Below are positions 14,658 through 27,015 of a stretch of DNA of 64,000 nucleotides, piece by piece. The notes under the pieces were generated by a model, which saw nothing but the letters and a program-made list of their open reading frames with translations, was not told the origin of the DNA and made no database searches. Source of the stretch: Eledone cirrhosa (taxonomy: Eukaryota); contig OZ024743.1 in NCBI GenBank assembly GCA_964016885.1, positions 115,382,001-115,446,000 of the forward strand. Reading direction: 5' to 3'. Every line of letters begins with the position of its first letter. Position 1 is the first letter of the stretch. The position numbers and the translations under genes were made by a program.

Positions 14658-15425
14658 AAATACTACCAGGATTGAACGCCTGTCTCTATCCCCGTTTGAT
14701 TGTCAAAATAGATATGAACATTCTTTATTAGTCTTAATTCTATCAACTCTTCTATTATTTACCTTTTAATACAAACTGCTATAGATAAAATGAGATTTCT
14801 GATTTCTTGATTCAATTCCCTAGTGCAAATACCAGCTGACTACTAGCATTGATGTTATTTAGTAGCAATCGAAATCTCCCCCTTCCCCAATTGACACTTT
14901 ATAATTAATACTACTGCACCAAATGACCAGCCCTGTCCACTGTCCAGTTGGTCAAGTAGAGATTAAAATTGGCACTCCCAAAATTCTTATTTAGATTTAC
15001 TCATGGTATTCTCATTAAAAACCCATTATATACTTGTTTAGCAGTAAATTATTTTACCATCTGTCATATTCTATCCCCTCTGTTCCTTCCTCTTTTACTA
15101 ATATACATACTTCAATTTTTCTGATTTTATCCAGTTTATCCAAAATCTCTGAAGAAGTGACAACTGATTATACATTTGCTATCGAATACTTGCTAACATT
15201 ATATGATTACGCAAGCAGCGATACATAGGTATTCGGTCTGTTACAGAAACATATGTCAATACCTAATAAATTCCTTTTTTAACAAAAGCACTTTCATTTC
15301 ATATTCATCCTTTCTACATTTCTCCGGAATATAATTTATACTCGTTGAGCAAACCTGCACGTACACTGTTCATCTCTAACGTAACGATATATTATCACTA
15401 CATTATTGATAACCTGAAATTTTAT
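14658..15425 (+). repeat. 5' pseudo-LTR of the young PLE
   Basis: Direct repeat of 17782-18549. It begins with the last codons of the ORF (aaatactaccaggattga), as expected for a PLE pLTR. Confidence 0.93.
15149..15265 (+). ncRNA. Hammerhead-like motif in the pLTR (copies at ~18273-18389 + and ~14289-14405 -)
   Basis: CUGAAGA-A-GUGACA...UGUUAC-A-GAAA-CAUAUG-UC, with palindromic stem III and a GUC triplet. No conventional stem I pairing is visible. Confidence 0.6.
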
Positions 15426-15471
15426 TAATCTCCTATACAGTTGAGCAACTAATTCAGCATACGCTTCTAAA

Positions 15472-17799
15472 ATGGAAAGGCACCAATTGGATATGTCGTT
15501 AAAAAACATACCTATTCAGGCAAAAAGGGAATATATTCTAGGTATGATACGAAGGACCAATGATTTTATTCGACGAATCAGATGGAAAACATTCCATTTT
15601 GACAAAAGCCGTATAAACCAAACATCGGATCTTAACAAGGATAAATTTGGATTTAAATCTTACAAGAACCCACCCTCAAACCCACTTTTGGATGCATTTG
15701 AACAAGACCTAATGGATATGATCATGGAGATCAAATTTACAAAACGTAAGAACAATAAACTACAGAATGACATCACGGCACTGCTCAATAATCTAAAAAA
15801 CGCCAATGGAATTATTGTTAGAGCAGACAAAACATCAAACGTATATACCATGGATGTGGACACTTAGAATAACTTCATCCGTAAGGAATTGCATAAAAAA
15901 TACAGGAAAACTAATGAAGCCACACTTAAAAACATCAACAACTCGGCATGTGATATTGTTAAAAAACTTTGTATTGACGATAGAACGCAACCCTTAACAC
16001 CAGCTATACCATCCTTCAACCTGAAGGACCACAAGGTAAACTTCGATACTAACCCTAATATTAGACTTATATGCCCCTCTAAATCTGATATAGGTAAAAT
16101 TAGCAAATATATACTAGACAGAATTATCCCCCAAGTTAAGGTTAAAGTAGAGATTAAACTATGGGGTAACACTCATGAAGCAATAAGATGGTTTAACAAC
16201 ATTACTGATAAGAAAAAATCAAAATTTATTCAGTTTGATATTGATGAATATTATTCCTCAATTTCACCTGATACTCTACATGAAGCTCTTTCGTTCGCTA
16301 AGGATAATTCCGACCTTACGGATGCTGAAATTAAAATTATTATGGAAGCGAGAAAAACTATAGTTAAATTCGATGATAGCTACTGGGTTCGCAAAGATAG
16401 ACCTTCTAATTTTGATATCACTATGGGTTCTAATGATTCGGCGGAAGTAACAGATCTTGTGGGAATTTATATCACCCACAGATTACAAGGAAAATTCAAG
16501 GATCTCCACGGTGAAATTTACCGTGACGATGCGCTCCTATTAGTTAAGCATATGAATAACCAGAATTTAGAAAGGATGCGTAAAAATATCAGAAAACTTT
16601 TTAAAGAACTAGGATTAAATATTACATTTGAATATAACCTCAAAGAGGTCAATTTCCTTGATGTTACTTTCAATCTCAATACAGATACGATTAAACCGTT
16701 CCATAAACTAAATGAGAACCTTAAATATGTAAATACGAGTTCTAACCATCCACTCTCTATAATTAAATCCATCCCTAGAAATGTTTCTCTTAGAATCTCC
16801 CGCCTATCGTCCAACCAACAAACCTTCAAAGAACATGCCGAGTATTATGATGATGCACTTAGGAAAGCCGGTCACCTAGATAATATAGAGTATATAGTCA
16901 ATGATCACCAAAACACCCGAAATAAATCACATAGGAGTAGAAATAGCACAGAATCACCACCATACATACACTACCGCAATAGACACAATAATAGTCGCAC
17001 ACCACCAAACAGAAGGCGATGTAAGGAGTATATCTGGTACAACCCGGTCTATAACAAATCTATTAAAACCAATCTACCCTCAAAATTCTTTCGATTAGTT
17101 AGAAAACACTTTCCAACATCACATAAATATAATAAAATCTTAAACCCTAACACCATTCGACTTTCATATTCAACCGCCCCTAATATTGAACAACATATAA
17201 AAATGCTTAACGCAAAACGGTTGTATAAACGCCTTCCAACACATAACAATACACGTAAAACATTAGCTATAACATCACAAAACAACAAACAACATCCTGT
17301 CCTACATAAGCAACCTCATCAACCCATCCATGGCAATACAACAACGCAAAATTGTAATTGCAACTGTGTCCAACCAGGAATGTGTCCGTTGAACAATCAG
17401 TGTCTTGAACGCAACATCGTATACAAATGTACTATCGAATCGGATAGACAGAAGTGGTACTATGTGGGATCTACAGCCACCTCCTTCAAATCACGCCTTT
17501 ATAGACATCGTTATTCGATAAAACATGAAAACCAGCGTTATGTAACAACACTCGCAGACAAGGCTTGGCAGCTGCGTGAAAATAACCAACAATTTCACCT
17601 AAAATGGGATATAATAGCGGCTTCCCCCCCCCCCCCTCCCATATTCCAATGGACAGGAATTTGTAAATTATGTAATGTAGAATTATTTTGTATTATGAAA
17701 TCCAAAAATATTTTATTAAATAACAGAATAGAGCGATCGTTATACTGTAACCATCGCTTAAAATCTACATTTTCATATTATAAATACTACCAGGATTGA
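15472..17799 (+). pseudogene. PLE polyprotein (reverse transcriptase + Cys-rich linker + GIY-YIG endonuclease), Nematis-like by motif recall; one in-frame TAG at 15865-15867
   Basis: ORFs 15472-15867 and 15889-17799 are in the same frame. Motifs: ADKTSNVY, LKDHK..F, FIQFDIDEYY, ITMGSNDSAEV, YRDD, NFLDV, IWYNP, CNCNC..CPL...CL, IVYKC..YYVGST..FKSRL..H. Confidence 0.93.
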
Positions 17800-18541
17800 A
17801 CGCCTGTCTCTATCCCCGTTTGATTGTCAAAATAGATATGAACATTCTTTATTAGTCTTAATTCTATCAACTCTTCTATTATTTACCTTTTAATACAAAC
17901 TGCTATAGATAAAATGAGATTTCTGATTTCTTGATTCAATTCCCTAGTGCAAATACCAGCTGACTACTAGCATTGATGTTATTTAGTAGCAATCGAAATC
18001 TCCCACTTCCCCAATTGACACTTTATAATTAATACTACTGCACCAAATGACCAGCCCTGTCCACTGTCCAGTTGGTCAAGTAGAGATTAAAATTGGCACT
18101 CCCAAAATTCTTATTTAGATTTACTCATGGTATTCTCATTAAAAACCCATTATATACTTGTTTAGCAGTAAATTATTTTACCATCTGTCATATTCTATCC
18201 CCTCTGTTCCTTCCTCTTTTACTAATATAAATACTTCAATTTTTCTGATTTTATCCAGTTTATCCAAAATCTCTGAAGAAGTGACAACTGATTATACATT
18301 TGCTATCGAATACTTGCTAACATTATATGATTACGCAAGCAGCGATACATAGGTATTCGGTCTGTTACAGAAACATATGTTAATACCTAATAAATTCCTT
18401 TTTTAACAAAAGCACTTTCATTTTATATTCATCCTTTCTACATTTCTCCGGAATATAATTTATACCCGTTGAGCAAACCTGCACGTACGCTGTTCATCTC
18501 TAACGTAACGATATATTATCACTACATTATTGATAACCTGA

Positions 18542-18549
<8 letters not shown>
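17782..18549 (+). repeat. 3' pseudo-LTR of the young PLE
   Basis: Direct repeat of 14658-15425; ends directly in (AT)n. Confidence 0.93.
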
Positions 18550-18640
<91 letters not shown>

Positions 18641-18641
18641 C

Positions 18642-18672
<31 letters not shown>

Positions 18673-18719
18673 TATCTATGTATCGGTAAATATATCCAAG
18701 ATCGAAGAGAAGATCCAAG

Positions 18720-18942
18720 ATGCCAGACCTCGTTCGTTACCGAGTGCGGTGGAACTCGTCAGATCGGACCAAGGAAACAATATTTCCATTGCTCATTCTA
18801 ATTGCTTATATTTTCTCCCGGTCGCAGTAGGAACAATCGGAAATAAAGCGTCTTGCTGAAGAACACAACCCGTCACCCGGCCTGGGAATCGAACTCACAA
18901 CCTCACGATTGTGAATCCAATTCTCTAACTCCTATGTCACGC
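18720..18942 (-). mobile_element. tRNA-derived SINE (second family; related decayed copies ~42115-42320 and ~47258-47560)
   Basis: Minus strand: tRNA-like head with B box GAGTTCGATTCC, followed by GTGTTCTTCAGCAAGACGCTTTA. Confidence 0.7.
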
Positions 18943-20761
18943 AGCTGTTGTCACGATCCTACTTATCGACCGCCCTTGAAGTAGCGTAAAGTACTTACAG
19001 TTTATAACCATTAATAGAAACCAACTCTCCAAATTGCCGTCATAGATTGCTATTCTCTTGAAGTATGTGGTTTTGTTACCATTACTTCCCGCATTGTCGA
19101 CAAATCCACATATTCCAAGCATTAGATACAAACACAACTACTCTTGCACTGTGCAGGTGCACAGTTTAAGGGTTTGTGTGTTTGGCTCACAAACATAAGG
19201 TCATCAGTTCTATTGACAATGGTGTATAATGTTCTTGAGCAAGACATTTTAGTTTATGTTGCTCTGATTCACTCAGCTGAGATTAATGAGCTGTTCTTGG
19301 AATTCAATTCAATTTGTCGGCAATGACACGGTCTATGTCATATTCAATCTCCCTGAGAACTATGTGAAAGTTACGTGTGTTTACTTGCACTCTAATCTTC
19401 CAAGCAAGGTGTTTCTTTAATCGAATGAACTGGAATACTCGTCGTCGGAAACGACGAGGATCCCAAACAAAACACCCAATTGTTGTTAATTCACGTATTA
19501 TTTGAAAGGATCCGTGAAAGAATGGGCTTATGAAAGAAACTAATTTCATGTATTATTCAATATAGCTTACGTGTCACACAATCTCTTTTATTATCTTTTT
19601 TGGAATTGTAGTTTAGTAATTGCATAAACATAAATCACTCAATGCATAGAGATACTTCATTAAAATAATATTAAGCTGGAACATTATAATGTCTTCATAG
19701 TATTCTTTGAGTGGATGTCAGTGCATCTGTATTTCACAGTCACATCATTCCATTTTCCCTGTTTATTATCAACGATAAATGCATTACCATTCTTGGTTAG
19801 GAAAAGGCGGAAAATAAAGTTAAGCACAACTTCGTTATTTCAAGAGATATGTCGGATCATGTTAAGTTTGTTTTTATTTTTTTAAAAATCAATGAACAAA
19901 TATTGGACGCATATTGTATTACCTAGTATGATCGTTGAAGTTTACTCCAGTGTTCTTCTTCAATCCCAGCACATCACTGGCTGAGCAAATCAAATAGACA
20001 GAAGAATTCCAGCTATGTCGATCTTATTTTCATATATAATCTGTATGAGATCCCATTAAGTCATACGTTTGAAAGACGTTAATGCGCTTTCAACTATAAT
20101 TGGTGCTACATCTTGCCAGTACATGTAGATGCTTTCAAATTCGTTCTATGTTGGAATGCTGAAATAACTTTAAAAATACCTATTGAAATAAGCTTTATAA
20201 TACCATGCACTGTAGTGTACCTAGAATAAACAATCTAAAATCAGACATCCTACTCATAAAGTTACAGAAAAAGTAGATGTTCTCGATATGAAGCCTTTGA
20301 AAGGCTCACTAAATTTAGAGTGTTCACTAAAGTGGGAATAAACAAATTGTACCATTCGGTTTATAATTAAGTTATTGAATAGAGATAGAGAAATATAGAG
20401 GGAGAAAGAAAGTGAGGTGTGTTGTGAGAGAGAGACAAGTTTATTCTTATAAGTACAGCACTAGAGAAGTGCAGCAAACTGTTCGCATTTCAGCGGATAT
20501 TTCAGCCTATGTGACGAGGCAGCAACTCACTTACAAATACAATATACCAGTATTCTTGTGGAAGAAGATATACGTATATAAAATATCTCAACGTGTTTTA
20601 CGGTTTTCACATCTTGGAAAGGACATCAACATTGTAACAACTTATTCCTTTATAATTTTTCAAATTTCACACATCCACACACACACACATATACATGAAT
20701 ACACATACACACACAAACAAACACAGACATAAACACACAAATACATAAATACACATGCGCA

Positions 20762-20834
<73 letters not shown>

Positions 20835-20857
20835 ATATATATATATATATATATATA

Positions 20858-20932
20858 TTTATTAAAATAACAGATTAAAGTTTAAGCAAAGAATCGCTGC
20901 TTTCAACCTTAACGGGATCTTCTGAAACTAAC
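20858..20932 (-). ncRNA. Family B short repeat, a hammerhead-like pLTR terminus (copies 32067-32135, 34200-34273, 54731-54805, and 57985-58052 on the opposite strand)
   Basis: Family consensus on the minus strand: AGUUU-CAGAAGA-UCCC guuaa GGGU-GAAA-GCAGCGAUUCUUUGC-UU-AAACU. Confidence 0.7.
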
Positions 20933-21195
20933 CAATATAAATATATGTAAATATAAGAGAGTATTGAAGTTTGCTTGAAGCATTGTGGAATAATAAGATA
21001 TATTTTCTATTTGGACGTTTTGGAAGCCTCAACAATGCAGATGGGTAATTTTCCGGGTAGCAAGATCCGGTGGTGAAGAGAGAGATGTAAGGGAATGTAG
21101 AATGAGATGTATAGTGTGTAGAAGAACGCAGGAAAGAGCGTAAAAAATAAAAATAATAACACGAGATAGAGTTACCTTGGGAGAAATTTAATTGT

Positions 21196-21229
21196 CCCTA
21201 TATTTCGGATTAACATCCATCAACTGGGG
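21196..21229 (-). ncRNA. Minimal hammerhead-like motif, core CAGUUGA, in the 3' end of the GC-rich PLE
   Basis: CCC-CAGUUGA-U-GGA uguuaa UCC-GAAA-UA-UA-GGG. Confidence 0.6.
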
Positions 21230-21490
21230 GGTTTGTCGGGGGGAGGGGGAATATTATCTGTCGGAGAGGAGCGATACGTGTCCTCTGCTGTTCGTTGTTT
21301 TGAATATGTGAGGTATTCAGCAGCGCGCGCGCGCGGAATGAGTTCGGTCAAGCAGAGGTCGACGGCCGATATAGTTCTTTTAATTATGGGAGTGGGGTGG
21401 CGTTAGCTGTCAATCCATTGTATTATCTGTCTGTGCTGGTTTCTATTTTAGCAGTGTTGTATAGTGTATTCGTGTGGTGGTGGTATTCCC

Positions 21491-21706
21491 TGCCTGTTTG
21501 GTGAATGCTACTGTGTATTTGTTTGTGTACGTGTGTTGTTGTCTCGCTTGTGTGTGTGAGGGTGTTGTTGTCCCGTTTGTTTAAACCAACTCATTTCGTC
21601 TGCCTGTTTGGTGAATGATACTGTGTGTGTGTCCGTGTGTTGTTGTCTCGCTTGTGTGTGTGCGTGTTTGTTGCCTCATTTGTTTAAACCAACCACCTCA
21701 TTTCGC
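21491..21706. repeat. ~110-bp tandem duplication in the PLE 3' UTR
   Basis: tgcctgtttggtgaatg...gtttaaaccaac..tcatttcg starts at 21491 and again at 21601. Confidence 0.8.
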
Positions 21707-23753
21707 TTTTCTCGGATCGATTATTTGTGGCCCTAGGTGTTTGATCCAGAGTACTTCCTTGATCCGTAACATGCCGACGTTACGTTCTGTCGCTAGCACT
21801 GTGACAATGGGCCTTCCTTGCTAGTTTCTGCATTTGGTTATGTATTTCCGGAAAGATGAGGCCCTGGTGTTGATGTGCTCCTTGATCCGGATGTGTAGCG
21901 GCCGGATTATGCTGCCGATATAGTAGTGGTTGCACTTGTCACATTCTATCTTATACACGACGTATGTGCATAGGCAACAGTTCGTATGGCGCATCGGGCA
22001 GTTTCTGAGGGAGCACGCGGCTGTCGATTTCCCGGGTTTCCTGGAGAGGCATCTTCGCAGGGAGGGGCCCGAGTGGGCCAGGTGGTTGTGGAGGCCCTCC
22101 CTCCGTATAACATTGGTTGTATTCTCGCCCAGGTGTGGTATTTTAAGGAAGCACTTGCCTTGGGTGATTCTCTGCCTCTTGCGTCTGGTGTTTCTTATTC
22201 TGTTTGTGAGTGAGGCAGGGTACTCGTTAGTCTCCAGCAATTTGTGGAATCGCCTGGTATGGATGACGCGACTCGCGGGATCGCTGCATCTGTTTTTAAT
22301 TCGCGTGATCTCGTTCGTGATGTACCTTCTTTTAGCACTGATAGGGAGGGCTGACTTGTAGTGGACGAACAGGTCCCTGTAGGCTGCCTTGTGTGATGTT
22401 GATTCGGAAGTCGAGGAGGACATGTGAACCGTCGTCGCTGGGGTGTTCAACACTAAAATCAATGTTCTCGTCCGTGTTGTTGAACGTCTCATAGATTCTG
22501 TTCGCCCTCTCCTGGGAAGATGTGAGAATGAGGATATCGTCCACGTACCTTGAGAAAAAGGCGACGGCGTTAGGGTGGCAGGCGTTGAGTGCCTTGCGCT
22601 CGAGGCTGTCCATGTATGAGATCGCTAGCACACCCGATTGGCTTAAGCCCATGAGCAGTCCCGAAGTTTGCTGGTATGTTTGGTGGAGAAATCCGAAGTA
22701 TGCGTCGTCAACGACGATGGATAGGAGTTGGTGGATGTCAGTGGTGGTGAGCCGGAAGCAGTGTAGGTCGGTGGATTGGACGCGTTCCATCAGCTTATCA
22801 ACGGCCGGGAGTGCCGGGACCGAGGTTTAAAGAGCGACTACATCAAAGCTGAAGACATATCTGTTAACCTTTGGTGTCGGGATCCATTTGATGCAGGCGC
22901 TCCAACCCCTCCTCGGAGCTGTTTACGTGTCCTGGCAAGTTGTCTTGGATGGGTTTGAGTATTCTGGTTAGGAGCCATGAACTTTTGTAGAGCAGTCCTT
23001 CCACGCTCGATACAATAGGTTTGATCTACAGGTCGGGTCCCTGTTTGTGTATTTTCACAAGGTGGTAGAAGGCGGGTAGTCTGCTGTTCCTCGTGAGGAG
23101 GTTGTATCTGAGCTTCTTCGTGAGCGTCCGGCGGTCACAGATGTTGGTCCAGGCGGCGTTGATGTGCTCCTCTCTCTGCGCGGGAGTGATTCCTGTGACC
23201 TTGGAGTAGAGGTTGTCATCGTCAAGGTGTTGGAGGGCCAGGGTGCTGTAGGCCTCTCTGCTGATGACGCAGAATTATTTTCCCTTGTCGGAGGGGAGGT
23301 AGATGAAGTTCTTCGATATCAGGTTGGAGAGAGTGCTGAGTTGAGATTTGGTGAGGTTGTGTGTTGTGCGTGTGTGTGTGTGTTTGTGTAGAATATCCGA
23401 GATGGAGTGTTTTAACCTGATGAGTTTAGTGTCGAGTTCGTGGTTGGTGCGTAAGGGGTGGAGTAGGTTGTCGAGGTGGGAAGTGGGTAACTTGGGGTGG
23501 GTTCCGTGGCGCTGTTATTTTCCGTGGCGCTGTTGATGGCCGTCACCCATTTAAGTTGGTAGGGGGCTCGACAGAAGTTGGCTTCGATGTCGAGTTTGAG
23601 TCTGTCGTCGAGTCGTTGTGAGACGACGAACTTGGGGGGTCCGAGGCGTAGGAGTTTCAGCTCGTCGTTCGTGAGAGTGCAGGTTAGGTTGGTGACCAGG
23701 TGCGTCCCATTGTTGAGGTGTGGCTCCGCCGACTTGTAACTTATCTAATTAAT

Positions 23754-23944
23754 TGTTTCTATTTTTAGGCACAAGGGCAGCAATTAACTAGTACATTACT
23801 GGTACTTTATTTTATCGATCCCGTAAGGATGAAAGGCAAAGTTAACCTCGGCAGGATTTGAACTCAGATCTTAAAGGGACGTAACTCTATGCTTCAAAGA
23901 ATGGTGTCCGACTCTCTACCGATACTGCCAATCCACCGTTAACC
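23754..23944 (-). mobile_element. Full-length tRNA-derived SINE with 19-bp TSD
   Basis: A box TGGCAGTATCGG, B box GAGTTCAAATCC, core ttgcctttcatccttacggg.tcgataaa. TSD tgtaacttatctaattaat at 23735-23753 and 23945-23963. Confidence 0.9.
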
Positions 23945-24152
23945 TGTAACTTATCTAATTAATGTTGTGAATTCCTTTCAGTTTTATACAACAAAATGTG
24001 GCTGAGAGTGCTGTATATTTGAAGGTAAAGGAAGATCACAAGATTAGGCATCGACGCTTTTTGGTAATTTCGCGCCAAGAATTAGAAGTGTCTTGGTTCA
24101 TTCTGGTTTTTGTAGAAAAAGTGATTCATGTTTGAAGTATAATTTGAAAGGG

Positions 24153-24220
<68 letters not shown>

Positions 24221-24285
24221 AACAAGTAGGACACCGACGGCTGAGCTCGAGCCGTTTCGACGGCTAATTCTGGACATTTCATTCG

Positions 24286-24321
<36 letters not shown>

Positions 24322-24809
24322 AATATTAAGAAAGCCAAAAATCGAAAATTATTATTTATTCATACATCTTTACGAAAGTGTTAACGCGGCTAGATACATT
24401 TGAGAAACTAGAGATTATCAGTGTTTAATCCCAATAGTATTTCTTCAGGAAATATATAGAACAAACTAACAATAATTAATACCGTAAAACCAACATCAAG
24501 TAATTATATACATATATGTAGATATGTCAGGGTAGAACTGGTATAAAAACTAGTTAGACCTTTACTCAACAGGGCACTTGATACTTGGAGTTTTAGAGCA
24601 TGGCCATATCATAAACATTCGGGTCCCGACGGCTGAGCTCTTGTAGTTTTAACAGCTAGTTCTAGATCGTGGAACTAGCTGTTGAAACGGGTAGGGTACA
24701 GCCGTCGTGTCCAGACTTTTTATAATATATTATATATGTATATGTATATGTATATATATATATATATGTATATATATATGTATATATATATGTATATATA
24801 TATGTATAT

Positions 24810-24847
<38 letters not shown>

Positions 24848-24889
24848 CGAAACATAAGTCAATTGCATGAACTCACAATCCTTTATTTG

Positions 24890-24943
24890 CTGCTATATAT
24901 AGTTCGATGATAGCCATTGAATGGCTATGACCTCATCAGGCAG
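24890..24943 (-). ncRNA. Type I hammerhead (one core substitution) in an (AT)n-flanked insert 24843-25230
   Basis: CUGC-CUGAUGA-GGUCAUAGCCAU uca AUGGCUAUCAUC-GAAC-UAUAUA-UA-GCAG. Confidence 0.75.
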
Positions 24944-25227
24944 TTAGTCAGTTCTTAGATATGCCAGCTCTGTGTTTATAGTGTTGATGGTATCAGAGCC
25001 TTCGGACATATATATATGTATGCATTTTATCACGCGAGTCAGTTCCTTCGTTGCTACAGTCCCCGTTACTGAATTACCGGTCGCTACGCTATCTTCAAGT
25101 TGCAAATCCCTTTAAACGGAATGTTATTACTCTAAGGTTTTATACCTTATCGAGTGCTTGGCTGCACTTCTGATTGCATTCGTTGGCTTAGCTCAGGCTC
25201 GAGCTTCAACTATGCTCTACTTCCATT

Positions 25228-25300
<73 letters not shown>

Positions 25301-26259
25301 CTTTATTAAAATTCAAAAGATTCCAAGAGAAACAAACTATGCGGCATTCGACATGTTAGAAATAGAATCAAGTCACCTACCTAGCCTAGGGACCCATATC
25401 TTTGATGGAGTCATAGGGGAGCTGTTGTCATATACGTCGCGTCTTATGCATTTTAAATATTTCTGACCCCATTCCCTCTTCTCGTCAAAATGCAATCTAT
25501 TTCTTCCGGAAAAGACGAGGCAGTGTTAGAGAGCAAGTGAGAAATAATTATAGTAGAGGAATTGAACTCATTACAGAGATGTTACATTTTTATTGACCTC
25601 CAAATAATAAAAGGCTAAGTAACCTACGGGGTAAATTTAACTCAAATGACATGGCACCTGAACGGATACTAAAATCATTCTATACGACTTCCTAACAATT
25701 CTGCCAATTCGACGCCTACTTCCAAATTACAGGCTACCGACTTTCAAAATTTAGTTCCCGTTAAATTGTCTAGATCTAGATGAATGAAGTTTGAAGGAAA
25801 GATGAGTTGATAACGGCTGGAATTGTATTTGATCCTAAATTTAATTCACTTGGGTTGACATCATACGAACGACCGACACACGGATTACCGAATTCTTATC
25901 CTCATGAAAATTGCAATGAATCTATTCAAAATTCATGCCTTTCTAATTTGTATTAGTGGAGTGATATTTTATATGTTCTCTTGACCAGTTACAAAAAAAA
26001 ATGTCGATATTAATTCCCCGGCTCACTGTCGTTGATAAATTCTACCTTGAATCACTGCGATTGTCACTAATGAATCCTTTATTAAATTGTTATCAATTTG
26101 CGTTGTATAATATGAAATTGTAAGTCTAACAAATGTTTTCCTATGAAATAAACACATCTGATGCAAAATTCAATATGGCGCACATCTCATATAAGCGCAT
26201 TTAATAGGTTCCGTTGGAATAGTATTTTAGTAATTGCCTACATAATCTTAGAGGCGTAG

Positions 26260-26297
<38 letters not shown>

Positions 26298-26332
26298 AAG
26301 AGAGAGAGAGAAGAGAGAACGAGAGAGAGAGA

Positions 26333-26422
<90 letters not shown>

Positions 26423-26807
26423 GGTGGGGAAGGTGTGTATTGAATTCATATTATGCCAGAACGTTTCAATTTATTCATTGTATTAGTTGACAGGTTTCCT
26501 TCCCAATGCAATTCTATTTGAAATTCGCCAATTCCTAGGTTTCGGCTTATTGCCACTCTATAATAGCAAACTACTTAGTAACATCCTAACAACTATATTG
26601 GTTTTATTCTTTTTAGTTGTTCCTATCCTTATTTTCTCTCTTTTTCTAAACTTAGGTGTCTGATAAATTTATCATTTATGTGCTAGTGCAAAAAGAAGCA
26701 GTAAATATATGAATAGAGGGTATTTATTTCATTATGTAGTAACATAATTGTAGTTTTATCCTTCATCAGAGGACTGAAATATAAAGAGGTAATATTGATT
26801 TCTAATT

Positions 26808-27015
26808 TAGGCACAGGGCCAAAACGTTTTTTTAGAAGGGCAAGGCGGGTAAAATCTACTCCAGTACTTGACTGGTATTTATATCATCGAGCCAAGGTAG
26901 ATGAAAGTCAAAGTTGACCACGGCGGAATTTGAACTCAGAATATAAAGAGTTACATCAAATAATTGTTTCTACTTTTTGGCACAAGGCCAGCAATTACCC
27001 AGCACATTACTGGTA
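26808..27015 (-). mobile_element. SINE remnants (same family as 23754)
   Basis: ggcggaatttgaactcaga B box (minus strand), atgaaagtcaaagttgacc core and ggcacaaggccagcaatta tail. Confidence 0.75.

Larger units (their letters stand above)
14238..18549 (+). mobile_element. Near-intact Penelope-like retroelement (inverted partial pLTR + 5' pLTR + RT-GIY-YIG ORF + 3' pLTR), inserted in (AT)n
   Basis: Direct repeats 14658-15425 and 17782-18549 (~768 bp, about 6 differences counted by eye). 14238-14654 is the reverse complement of 14900-15316. (AT)n flanks both ends (14186-14238, 18548-18590). An RT + GIY-YIG ORF lies between the repeats. Confidence 0.96.
20953..23730 (-). mobile_element. Decayed GC-rich Penelope-like element (Penelope/Poseidon-type RT + GIY-YIG)
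   Basis: Frameshifted ORF pieces with SDKG, QQTSGLLMG, FSRYVDDILI, FVHYKSALP, VVYKIECDKCNHYYIGS..RPLHIRIKEH. The 3' end (20953-21235) is homologous to 4537-4775. Confidence 0.92.

Noticed and set aside
15865-15867. Programmed readthrough of the TAG
   Set aside because: There is only a single copy here and no supporting signal; a Tyr-to-stop point mutation is simpler.
14326-18352. Triplicated 64-aa ORF as a small gene
   Set aside because: It only reflects the three pLTR copies and has a non-ATG start.
23754-23944. Functional tRNA gene
   Set aside because: The A and B boxes belong to a SINE head with a core, tail and TSD; there is no cloverleaf.
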